DNA of 36,663 nucleotides from the IMG/VR virus record IMGVR_UViG_3300020045_001541, positions 1 to 36,663 of that record. One strand, given 5' to 3'. The number at the start of each line of letters is the position of its first letter. The stretch's first letter is position 1. Source of the stretch: a virus (lineage: Duplodnaviria; Caudoviricetes). The position numbers and the translations under genes were made by a program. Below, piece by piece: positions 18,741-26,878 of this stretch. The notes beneath the pieces were generated by a model. The model did no database searches and was not told the origin of the DNA. It saw only the letters and a program-made list of their open reading frames with translations.

Positions 18741-20336
18741 ATGAGCACGGGCATTGGTGATTCGCCAAGATTATACAGCTGGCCTGTCGTGTCTGTTGTT
18801 TCTGAGATATGCGAAAGGGCCGGAATACCATCGTGGGCCATTGATTTGTATGGGCTAGAAGGGATCTCAGTTGATGGGTTTTATATGGACAACTCATACG
18901 CCGCATTCTCTGGTTTGCAATCATTGTCGCGTGTGTTTATGTTTGATCCGTCTAATTGGGATGCAAAATTAAGGTTTATCCCCCGCGGTGGCGAGATTGT
19001 TGCAGAGCTAACATCTAGCGACCTGATCGATGATGGTGAAGAAATTGAGAAACTGGCTAGACGTGACTCACTATCTATTGCTCGTGTTTATCACTTATCT
19101 TATTTTGATGTTGACGGCGGGCTAAACCCAGACATTCAATCATCAGACAGAAGTTTTGACGCTAGAAGCAAATCAGAAGTAAGTACAGAAACTACCGTGA
19201 TCATGAATGCAGACGATGCAGCTAGAGTGGTGGCGATAAATCACAAAACTGTCATAGAAGAACAGCGCGGAACTTATGAGTTTTCATTGCCTGATTCTTA
19301 TCTGTATTTAGTTCCAGGCAAGTGCTTAAACCTTAACGGTGAGCGCCTACGAATTTCTGAGATAGAAATCAATGATGGCTATCAGCATTACGTGTGCCAG
19401 TATGACCGGCAATCTGCATATACATCAAGCGTTTTAGGCAATCCAGTCTACATGCCAAGTACTCCTCCATCACTGGTTATTGGCGACACTGTTTTGTACT
19501 TCATTGATTCTCACATCATAAAAGACAGTGATGATAGGCTTGGTTACTATGTCGCAGTCTCTGGCACTACTACCAACTGGAAGGGCGCGCTAGTTGAGTT
19601 ATCAACAGACGGAGGACAAACATATAACGAAAGTTATGCTGGTGACGCCGAATCTACAAGTGGAGTTTTAACCGCAGGCTGCGGTATTCATGCGAGAGAA
19701 TTCCCCGATGAATCAAATAAATTCACCGTGCAACTAACTAGATCTGATATGGAAATAGAAGACGCAACGCTAGCGCAAATGATGAGCAAAACAAACCTAG
19801 CTATCGTTGGTAATGAGCTTATTAACTTTGGTTCTGTCGATGAGGTTTCCGCTGGCGTATGGGATGTATCGTATTTATTGCGAGGGAGAAAAGGCTCAGC
19901 AATAACAAATCACGCTACCGGTGAGCGATTCGTTTTACTAAAACGTCAGGCTATGTATTTCATTGAAGCCGATCTTTTTAATCTAAATCGCCAGTTAACA
20001 TTCAGAGTGACATCGCTTGGTAAATCATCCAGCACAGTGCAAACAGTATCATTTACTGGACAGTCGCAGACCGAGCAAGCCCCATCATACCTATCTGCAT
20101 ATCGTGACGGTGGGAATGTTGTTATATCGTGGCAGGGTGTCGGAAAGCTTGGTGGGTCCACATCAATAGCAATGGGGCAATACTTCACAGGGTATCGCGT
20201 AACTATTAACGGCGCACCGCAAGATACAACAGACAAAACACTAACGGTAACAGACCCGTCAGGAAGTGTTACAATATCAGTTAGTCAAATAAACTCAATC
20301 ACTGGCGCAGGGCCTGAAACTACGGTGACAATATGA
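18741..20336 (+). CDS. Tail tip protein, C-terminal half (Phage-tail_3-like)
   Basis: VSEICERAG, L-FIPRG, W-GA-STDGG, ELI-F, LLRGRKGS, H-GERFVLL. Confidence 0.85.
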   Translation: MSTGIGDSPRLYSWPVVSVVSEICERAGIPSWAIDLYGLEGISVDGFYMDNSYAAFSGLQSLSRVFMFDPSNWDAKLRFIPRGGEIVAELTSSDLIDDGEEIEKLARRDSLSIARVYHLSYFDVDGGLNPDIQSSDRSFDARSKSEVSTETTVIMNADDAARVVAINHKTVIEEQRGTYEFSLPDSYLYLVPGKCLNLNGERLRISEIEINDGYQHYVCQYDRQSAYTSSVLGNPVYMPSTPPSLVIGDTVLYFIDSHIIKDSDDRLGYYVAVSGTTTNWKGALVELSTDGGQTYNESYAGDAESTSGVLTAGCGIHAREFPDESNKFTVQLTRSDMEIEDATLAQMMSKTNLAIVGNELINFGSVDEVSAGVWDVSYLLRGRKGSAITNHATGERFVLLKRQAMYFIEADLFNLNRQLTFRVTSLGKSSSTVQTVSFTGQSQTEQAPSYLSAYRDGGNVVISWQGVGKLGGSTSIAMGQYFTGYRVTINGAPQDTTDKTLTVTDPSGSVTISVSQINSITGAGPETTVTI

Positions 20337-21172
20337 CAAACACAGTAAATAACGGAATTCAATTTGTCCCAGAAAACACAACAGATCCAGCTGCTGGATT
20401 GAATTTATCGCTACTAACTATCGACATGCTTTTGAATCTATCTGTAGAATCGATAGGGGATACAACTCCACCTGCAACCGTATTGGATGGTGCCCGCTAC
20501 ATTGTCGGCGTTAGCGCTACTGGCTTGTGGCTTGGTCATGATAATGAACTAGCGATGTGGATTGATAACCCAGGATACTGGCAATTCCGTGATGTTAGCT
20601 TTGCATTCAACAAAACAACGTCATCATTCTGGGTTTTAAATTCAACGTGGGAAGAGTACGCAACAACTCCGTCATCGGCTGGCGAGATAAACACAGCATC
20701 AAATCTTGGCACCGGCTCTGGGCTGTATAAGCAAAAAACAGGCGTAGATTTACAGTTTAAATCACTGCTTGCAGGCACAAACTGCACACTAGATACAACA
20801 ACAGATCCTGATTCTGTTATTATTAACGTGCCAAATCAGTCAACTACAGATACAACCGTGGTCACAATAAAAGAAGATACAACCACGGGTTACACTTTGA
20901 TTTTAACCGATGCCGGAAAGTGCATAGAAATGAACAACGCGGCTGCAAACACATTAACAATACCACCATCATCATCTGTATCGTTTGCGACAAACACAAC
21001 GATACTTGTCAGACAGATGGGGGCGGGAAATACGACCATAGTCGCAGGATCTGGCGTTACAATCAGAAATCCACATGCAACACTAAAACTATTAAAACAA
21101 TACGCCACCGCGTCATTGCATAAGCGCGGAGCGGATGAATGGTGCATTGATGGCAACATGGCGGAATCATAA
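20333..21172 (+). CDS. Tail fibre-like protein with a DUF2793 N-terminal anchor
   Basis: TPPA-DG-RYIVG-ATG-W-GHDN-LA; C-terminal YTLILTDAGK...W-I-G domain. Confidence 0.82.
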   Translation: MTNTVNNGIQFVPENTTDPAAGLNLSLLTIDMLLNLSVESIGDTTPPATVLDGARYIVGVSATGLWLGHDNELAMWIDNPGYWQFRDVSFAFNKTTSSFWVLNSTWEEYATTPSSAGEINTASNLGTGSGLYKQKTGVDLQFKSLLAGTNCTLDTTTDPDSVIINVPNQSTTDTTVVTIKEDTTTGYTLILTDAGKCIEMNNAAANTLTIPPSSSVSFATNTTILVRQMGAGNTTIVAGSGVTIRNPHATLKLLKQYATASLHKRGADEWCIDGNMAES

Positions 21173-21927
21173 TGATATCAATACCAATGATTGGCGCTAT
21201 AGCGTCAAATAGAATTGCATCGTCATCATTATACGATCAATATATATCTGACTCCCCTAGGGTTTATTGGCGACTAAATGAATCATCAGGATCTGCTCTG
21301 AGTGATTCATCTTTAAACTCAATAACCGGCACGCTTTATAATACATATTCACTTTCTCAGCCATCGCTTGCGCCAAATGACATCGGAAGCTCGATACTAT
21401 TTAATGGTGGATACGCAAAGGCATCAAATAATTTTATACCAGAAAGCTCTAACGCATCATTTACAATTGCTTTTTTAATAAAACACACAAAGACTGGAGT
21501 TTGCAATTTTCTGCAATCCACGGTCTCATCATCAGTAAATAGGATCTTTATACAACTAAACAGAAATGCGTCCGCAACGCTCACAAATGGGTCATTTAGG
21601 ATATCAGGAAGCACAGCAACCGAGTCATTCAGTTTTTCGCCGACAAATAACCCAAACATAAACGATGGAAATATACATCTTGTCCATATTGTTAAGGATG
21701 GTTTAACTCCATATATATATATCGACGGCGTTTCTGTTTCTGTTTCAACTGGTTATATATCAACATTTCCATCCGGGTCTATATCTTCATCAAGCGAGAG
21801 ATATGTGATTGGATCTGACTCGTTGCTATCAGCTCCATGCACTGCATATATAGATGAGTTCGCCACATTTTACTCAGCCCTCAGTGCAGCAAGAATATCT
21901 AGTCACGCATCCGCCGCAGGGTTTTAA
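21172..21927 (+). CDS. LamG/concanavalin-like lectin domain protein (putative receptor binding)
   Basis: YWRLNESSG, IYIDG, IDEFATFYSALSA-I. Confidence 0.8.
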   Translation: MISIPMIGAIASNRIASSSLYDQYISDSPRVYWRLNESSGSALSDSSLNSITGTLYNTYSLSQPSLAPNDIGSSILFNGGYAKASNNFIPESSNASFTIAFLIKHTKTGVCNFLQSTVSSSVNRIFIQLNRNASATLTNGSFRISGSTATESFSFSPTNNPNINDGNIHLVHIVKDGLTPYIYIDGVSVSVSTGYISTFPSGSISSSSERYVIGSDSLLSAPCTAYIDEFATFYSALSAARISSHASAAGF

Positions 21928-21938
21928 TTATTAAAAAT

Positions 21939-21966
21939 TTGTAAGACATAAAAAACATACTATACT
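21939..21966 (+). promoter_or_regulatory. Sigma70-like promoter of a single-gene moron
   Basis: TTGTAA-16-TATACT. Confidence 0.55.
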
Positions 21967-22006
21967 TATAGTGAGAGTAAAATATGAGACGCCAAGGGGG
22001 TGTATC

Positions 22007-22213
22007 ATGAGAACTATCACAATGAGAGTTAACAACGGGATTGATGAGTTGTGGATTGAATCAGATCAAGAATGCAAACTGCTTGCTGTTATGGGCGCTT
22101 ATGGCCTTAGTCGTAGCGGTTGGCACTCACATCATGGTGATGTTACCGGGGATTTCGAGACAATCGAAGACGTACTTCAAGCATACAGGATAAGTGAGGA
22201 AATCATTCATTGA
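22007..22213 (+). CDS. Small hypothetical protein (moron)
   Basis: AAGGGGGT RBS; own promoter and terminator. Confidence 0.7.
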   Translation: MRTITMRVNNGIDELWIESDQECKLLAVMGAYGLSRSGWHSHHGDVTGDFETIEDVLQAYRISEEIIH

Positions 22214-22229
22214 TTTACACTCTGTAAAG

Positions 22230-22253
22230 AATCCGGCTGAGACCGGATTTTTT
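22230..22253 (+). terminator. Rho-independent terminator
   Basis: aatccgg-ctgaga-ccggatt followed by a T run. Confidence 0.85.
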
Positions 22254-22306
22254 ATGCCTGCAATTTGATAAAGTGTTACAATTAGAAAAAATGACTGGAT
22301 ATTACA

Positions 22307-22603
22307 ATGCAGAGCATAGTTGATTGGTTTAGGAATCTGGAGCCATTAACTCTAGGTATTATTATGTCGGTGATTATTAGCGTGGCGCGCATGATGTATG
22401 ACAATGAAACCAGCTTCAAGCGTGGCGTGTCTGAGGTAGTTCTCTGTACCTCATTCACATTTATCGGAGGTAAAACTCTGTTGATTTTCGGAATAGATCC
22501 AACGTGGAGTCTATTGATAGGTGGTGCAATCGGTGCCCTTGGTAACTTGGTTATCAGAAAATACATTTCAAAATTTATAGATAAAAAAATCAGCAAACAA
22601 TAA
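22307..22603 (+). CDS. Lambda-family (class I) holin
   Basis: Three hydrophobic segments, R-Y, E-LC, GG-IG-G, basic C-terminus. Confidence 0.85.
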   Translation: MQSIVDWFRNLEPLTLGIIMSVIISVARMMYDNETSFKRGVSEVVLCTSFTFIGGKTLLIFGIDPTWSLLIGGAIGALGNLVIRKYISKFIDKKISKQ

Positions 22604-22618
22604 AGCCGCTAGAGCGGC
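22595..22618 (-). terminator. Hairpin between convergent genes, U tail on the minus strand
   Basis: gccgc-taga-gcggc preceded by aaacaataaa. Confidence 0.55.
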
Positions 22619-22788
22619 CCTATTTCGTTAATCACTTTCATTGCTTCTTTTATTTCACATTCTAGCTGATATACCATTGATTCATTAACTCCAGCTGAAC
22701 AAATTACGCCCTGAATAAGTAATGATGATGCTTGGATTTTGTTTGCCGCATATTGAAGTTTAACCAATTCATCAATCGTATAGTTCAT
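22609..22788 (-). CDS. Small hypothetical protein
   Basis: GGAGG RBS before MNYTIDEL; overlaps the upstream stop. Confidence 0.6.
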   Translation of the reverse strand: MNYTIDELVKLQYAANKIQASSLLIQGVICSAGVNESMVYQLECEIKEAMKVINEIGPL

Positions 22789-22973
22789 TGCATAACCTCC
22801 TGCAATATCAACCTGCAACCATCGTTATCAGCAAGTATGCAAACGTTATGCGCTTGCAGTACTACATGAGGCCAATCATCATGCAGCGCCTTAACTCCTT
22901 CCTCAACGTTTTTATATCCAACAAATGCTGGCTCAAACACTTTTCCATCTGCGACAAGTTTAGTAGTGATCAT
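22785..22973 (-). CDS. Small hypothetical protein
   Basis: AGGAG RBS before MITTKLV. Confidence 0.65.
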   Translation of the reverse strand: MITTKLVADGKVFEPAFVGYKNVEEGVKALHDDWPHVVLQAHNVCILADNDGCRLILQEVMQ

Positions 22974-23058
22974 TTTCGTATCTCCTGCGCTTTTGCGCTG
23001 TTGTTGTATTATTAGTATTGTCCAGTAATTAACTTTGTGCAAATCTACCTACAACAAA

Positions 23059-23074
23059 TGTGATCTAAATCAAT
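23059..23074. promoter_or_regulatory. CRP/FNR-type box with no -10 at 20 nt
   Basis: aaa-TGTGA-tctaaa-TCAAT, close to the CRP consensus, intergenic. Confidence 0.6.
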
Positions 23075-23128
23075 AATAGTCAGTAAGCAGATCAAACAAG
23101 AAAACAAGCAAAAGAATAATGAATATGT

Positions 23129-23422
23129 TCATACTGGCAGCATCATGTTTTCTGCATCATCATGCAGGCTTTGCGCGTATTCCGTAATATACATCCACAT
23201 GACATAATTACCTGAATCAAGCATATCGAATGCGTGTTGTTTCCACTGATTGCGTTTGATGATGACGCCTGTCTGCGCTGCAAATTTATACTCGCAGGCT
23301 GCATCAAAAGCATTCCACATTGTTTCATGCAGATCTGTTTCAGTTGCCAGATAGTTGTAAAATCCATCGAGATCGGTTTCAAAAATGTGCTGTGCGTGTT
23401 CGTTAACGTCATAGTCTGTCAT
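23129..23422 (-). CDS. Acidic hypothetical protein (97 aa)
   Basis: AAGGAG RBS before MTDYDVNE; the longer track ORF overlaps the divergent gene. Confidence 0.75.
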   Translation of the reverse strand: MTDYDVNEHAQHIFETDLDGFYNYLATETDLHETMWNAFDAACEYKFAAQTGVIIKRNQWKQHAFDMLDSGNYVMWMYITEYAQSLHDDAENMMLPV

Positions 23423-23447
23423 AGTGTATCTCCTTGTTAGTTTCTTT

Positions 23448-23515
23448 ATCATATCAAACCAATAGTTAAAAACTGTGATGTATATCAAACAATAAAAAAT
23501 TGATAGCGATATACT
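23448..23515. promoter_or_regulatory. Bidirectional promoter around one CRP/FNR-type box
   Basis: TGTGA-tgtata-TCAAA (23474-23489); TATACT 20 nt to the right on +, TATGAT 20 nt to the left on -. Confidence 0.75.
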
Positions 23516-23536
23516 AAATAAAACACAGGAGGATAT

Positions 23537-24229
23537 ATGAAGAAAGCAATTTTTCTTTACGATTACACAGGAATCATGGCGCGACCATGGCTTGATGCTG
23601 GTTATGAATGCTGGTGCTTTGACGGTCAGCATCCGCAAGGAATAACCCGTGATGGCAATCATGTAAAGGTTGGTATGTGGTTCGATGCATACAACACGAT
23701 GCAATCAGTTAAAGAAATAAAGCAAATGGTTGGCGATGGCGTTGTATTTGTTTTTGGTTTTCCTGAATGCACAGATGTGGCAGTAAGTGGCGCAGTTCAT
23801 TTTGCGAAGAAAGAAAAAATAAATCCAGCATTCCAGGCTGAGGCTTGCGAGCTTGCAAGATTGGTTGAATATGTTGGTTCAGCGTTTTGTTGTGCGTGGG
23901 CGGCTGAAAATCCTGTTAGCGTTTTGGCTACATTGTGGCGCAAGCCTGATTGCTCATTCCATCCTTATGAGTATGGAGGATATTTACCTGAAAACGATAA
24001 GCACCCACTTTATCCTGAATACATAAAGCCTCGTGATGCGTACCCAAAGAAAACGTGCATATGGTCTGGAAATGGCTTTGTTATGCCAGATAAAAAACCG
24101 GTACCTGTGCAACCTGGATATTCAGACCAACACAAAAAACTTGGAGGTAAATCACTTAAAACTAAAAACATTCGCAGCGCAACACCAAGGGCGTTTGCTT
24201 TAGCTGTATTTGAATTCAATAAAAAATAA
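23537..24229 (+). CDS. Short phage C5-cytosine methyltransferase-like protein
   Basis: FPECTD (motif IV-like), ENPV (motif VI-like), degenerate motif I LYDYTG, RSATP. Confidence 0.75.
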   Translation: MKKAIFLYDYTGIMARPWLDAGYECWCFDGQHPQGITRDGNHVKVGMWFDAYNTMQSVKEIKQMVGDGVVFVFGFPECTDVAVSGAVHFAKKEKINPAFQAEACELARLVEYVGSAFCCAWAAENPVSVLATLWRKPDCSFHPYEYGGYLPENDKHPLYPEYIKPRDAYPKKTCIWSGNGFVMPDKKPVPVQPGYSDQHKKLGGKSLKTKNIRSATPRAFALAVFEFNKK

Positions 24230-24250
24230 AGCCTCATTGCGAGGCTTTTA
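24224..24250. terminator. Bidirectional terminator
   Basis: aaagcctc-attgc-gaggcttt between convergent genes. Confidence 0.8.
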
Positions 24251-24527
24251 TATTTTTGTACCATTCTTGCCACCTGATCAGCTTGTCGGTGTTTTCGGTT
24301 GCATTGTTGATATTCAATTCCAGCGCATCTTGTTTTTCTTCTATCGTTTGTTGGCATGATGAGCATTTAAATTCACTTGGTGCTATCAGTAGATCCTGGC
24401 TTACCGATAGATCCAAAACCGGCGTCTGTGATTTCGTACAGGCCGGAAGTAGCGCAAGACTCGCGATCAACAGCAGGAGCTTCACGCCATTTTGTGCGAT
24501 ATACTTTAACAGTTTCAGTTCTGACAT
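24234..24527 (-). CDS. o-spanin lipoprotein (Rz1-like)
   Basis: Hydrophobic signal with lipobox LLPAC; overlaps the i-spanin in another frame; L-WQEWY. Confidence 0.85.
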   Translation of the reverse strand: MSELKLLKYIAQNGVKLLLLIASLALLPACTKSQTPVLDLSVSQDLLIAPSEFKCSSCQQTIEEKQDALELNINNATENTDKLIRWQEWYKNIKASQ

Positions 24528-24726
24528 CTCGTTTTGCCCTCTGTAGTTCGGCCAATTTAAGATCTGATTGATTTAGTTTTTCCTGCAAAGCATCGCGCTT
24601 GATAACCTCTGCCTTTAATTGTTCAAGCGTTTCCATTTCATCGCGCTGATATTGCCAGTATGCGCCACCAAGAAAGCATACTGATATCAACATGGCTAAC
24701 AGTGCCAACTTAATCTGCGTTGTCAT
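24373..24726 (-). CDS. i-spanin (Rz-like)
   Basis: N-terminal TM segment, coiled coil, single periplasmic Cys. Confidence 0.82.
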   Translation of the reverse strand: MTTQIKLALLAMLISVCFLGGAYWQYQRDEMETLEQLKAEVIKRDALQEKLNQSDLKLAELQRAKRDVRTETVKVYRTKWREAPAVDRESCATSGLYEITDAGFGSIGKPGSTDSTK

Positions 24727-24913
24727 CTTGTGTCTCCTGTTGAACTAAGCGACCTATCAAAACGATTATAAATAACAATGAGTAAATCGATGACGGAATT
24801 TCGGCACCGTAAAATTCAATCACTCCGCTAATCACCACACCAACAAAAGAAAATATCACTGAAAAATATTTCCATGCCTTGCGCCACTCTGGAATCAGTT
24901 TTATTTTAAGCAC
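24710..24913 (-). CDS. Small two-TM holin/antiholin-like protein
   Basis: KLIPEWRKAWKYFSV...RLVQQ; sits between endolysin and spanins. Confidence 0.7.
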   Translation of the reverse strand: MLKIKLIPEWRKAWKYFSVIFSFVGVVISGVIEFYGAEIPSSIYSLLFIIVLIGRLVQQETQDDNAD

Positions 24914-25434
24914 AGTGCTTTCTCCTTATCCCGGCGAACAGTCAGGCCCTTTAACTCTTTGCCGCCAGATTTATTAAAATCAGGCAACCGCTCACACATC
25001 TGGCTGAATCTCCGTGCCTGCGCATGTTTGCTAATTGTCGTCTGTAGTAATTGTCCTTTGTTGTTTCGGTAAGTCAAAAGACCTTTGCAGCCGATGTTAA
25101 ACGCCGCAGACGTCATTGCGCTAAACTGGTTAGTATTCATCTCTGCGCCATTGAATGATCGCAGTACGCACGATTCAGCTTCTTTGATGTTTTTAATCCA
25201 GTCGCTAGCTATCTGCTGATCGGTTTTTTTGGTTCCTGCAATTACATCATGAGTATTCCCCATTCCATCGGTAAACACTCCGGCCGGGCAGTAATACGGC
25301 TCACGCTGACAGCTTTCTGCGCCACCAATAAGCTCTAGCCCTTCCTGATTTGTTCGCAAGCCTGAATTCATACTCATCACAATACCGATGATCGTCATGA
25401 CACTGCACGTTGCGCTAGTCTTCTTGTATTTCAT
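24901..25434 (-). CDS. SAR endolysin, GH24 lysozyme of the P1 Lyz type
   Basis: Weakly hydrophobic N-terminus with Cys10; E40/C49/T55 triad and C42; GLTVRR-E-C end. Confidence 0.92.
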   Translation of the reverse strand: MKYKKTSATCSVMTIIGIVMSMNSGLRTNQEGLELIGGAESCQREPYYCPAGVFTDGMGNTHDVIAGTKKTDQQIASDWIKNIKEAESCVLRSFNGAEMNTNQFSAMTSAAFNIGCKGLLTYRNNKGQLLQTTISKHAQARRFSQMCERLPDFNKSGGKELKGLTVRRDKEKALCLK

Positions 25435-25502
25435 ATCAGTACCAAAAATTATAAATCAATGGTAACATTATACCCTTAATCGTTATCTCCTGTTTCAACA
25501 TT

Positions 25503-25529
25503 GAGCCACTTTTCAGTGGCTCTTTTTTA
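25503..25529 (+). terminator. Hairpin with a U tail on + only
   Basis: gagccact-tttc-agtggctc followed by tttttt. Confidence 0.75.
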
Positions 25530-25530
25530 T

Positions 25531-26622
25531 TCAGTATTTTATTGAGACGTTTCTCACATTTCCTTTTGCTATTGACTTGATGATTTCTATATAAACATTA
25601 TCAGGAAGATCAAATCCTTTTTGCTTCATATCTACTATCAAATCAGCTAGTGATTCATCGTTTATTTTCTTTCTGTGATTTACGTTTGCGGCTTTTGCTA
25701 GTTCAGCAGCGTCACGATCAGACTTTTCTTTTGCTATGCGATTCTGTTCATCAGCCTGTCGCTGGCGCTCTCTGTCTGCTGCTTGTTGCACCGCTAAACG
25801 TTGGCGCTCTTCTGCGTCTTTCAGCTCTTGTTCTAGCCTTAGCTGCGCATCTTTTGCATCTTGCTCAGCCTTCAACTTGGCTGCAACCGCATCCTTTTCT
25901 CGCTGCTCTGCCTCTTGTTGTTTTTTCATTGCATCGCGTTCAGCTTCAATCTTTGCATTGTTTGCAGCCTGCTCTGCAATCAACCGCTCACGCTCAATCC
26001 GATCTGACTCTTCTTTTTGTTTTCTGAGTCTATCAATTTCTGCTTGCTGCTCTTCATATTGCAGTTTCGTTTTAAGCGCTGATTCTATTTTTTCTTTTTC
26101 TGAATACTTAAGAAGCTGCGCATGATCTTTATATTCTTGCCAATCATCACCAACTTCTATACTTAAAAGTTCATTTAGAATCAATTCAATTTCTGATGAT
26201 GCTGATTCAAATGTTATTTTTTCAGCAATTGATTTTATTGATTTCATTCTAAAATCAAGGTTGGCAATGCGAGCCTTTTCTTTTTCTTCCATATCAGTTA
26301 CTGGCTGGCGAACTTCATCGCGTAGCGCGTCCATTTTTGTAGCCCAATCGCGCAACTCTGCTTCAATTAACTTTGGCATCTCTTTGAGTTGCTTTAGGTA
26401 CTCACGCCCTGGCTTTTCAATTTTTGTTTTACTTTTTGATACCATTGCGGCCAACGACTTAACGCGTTCGATCCCTTTCTTGTTGCTTAAATCTGGCACC
26501 TCGCTAAGCACTTCTGCGCGTATTTGTTGATAGTACGGATCAAGCCCGCCAGAAACATAAAGCGATGGATATTGATCTGGCTGCACTTCAATCAAGGCCA
26601 GTTCTGTTTTTTCTTCTGTCAT
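25531..26622 (-). CDS. Long coiled-coil phage early protein
   Basis: VPDLS-KG-SLAA-V N-terminus, E/K/A/Q-rich middle, IAKG-I-Y end. Confidence 0.8.
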   Translation of the reverse strand: MTEEKTELALIEVQPDQYPSLYVSGGLDPYYQQIRAEVLSEVPDLSNKKGIERVKSLAAMVSKSKTKIEKPGREYLKQLKEMPKLIEAELRDWATKMDALRDEVRQPVTDMEEKEKARIANLDFRMKSIKSIAEKITFESASSEIELILNELLSIEVGDDWQEYKDHAQLLKYSEKEKIESALKTKLQYEEQQAEIDRLRKQKEESDRIERERLIAEQAANNAKIEAERDAMKKQQEAEQREKDAVAAKLKAEQDAKDAQLRLEQELKDAEERQRLAVQQAADRERQRQADEQNRIAKEKSDRDAAELAKAANVNHRKKINDESLADLIVDMKQKGFDLPDNVYIEIIKSIAKGNVRNVSIKY

Positions 26623-26641
26623 TTTAATCTCCTGTTTGTTT

Positions 26642-26878
26642 TTATCCGCGATCTATAAAACTGCCATTTATCACGCCCATGTAATAAATCATCTGCGTGT
26701 GAGTGAACCCTAACTGCTTAACCTGTTCGCGATACTTGTCGATTATTCCCATTATGATATCGGCATATTCGCGCTTAACTCTATCCGCTTGCTTTACTCC
26801 TTTCAGTTTCTGATCAACCTCTTTGTTGATCTTTTTAATGATAGCCCGCAGCGCGTTTGCTCTTGCTGAATCTTCCAC
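26642..26878 (-). CDS. Hypothetical protein
   Basis: GGAGGT RBS, GTG start coupled to the upstream stop. Confidence 0.7.
   Translation of the reverse strand: MEDSARANALRAIIKKINKEVDQKLKGVKQADRVKREYADIIMGIIDKYREQVKQLGFTHTQMIYYMGVINGSFIDRG

Noticed and set aside
22291-22309. Possible dual-start holin
   Set aside because: The upstream ATG at 22291 is out of frame with the holin
23423-23704. N-terminal extension of the 191-aa minus ORF
   Set aside because: Overlaps the promoter and the divergent gene; the RBS supports a start at 23422
22604-25500. Actively invertible segment explaining the lysis orientation
   Set aside because: No flanking inverted repeats or invertase, and the minus-strand terminator at 22595-22618 fits the present orientation
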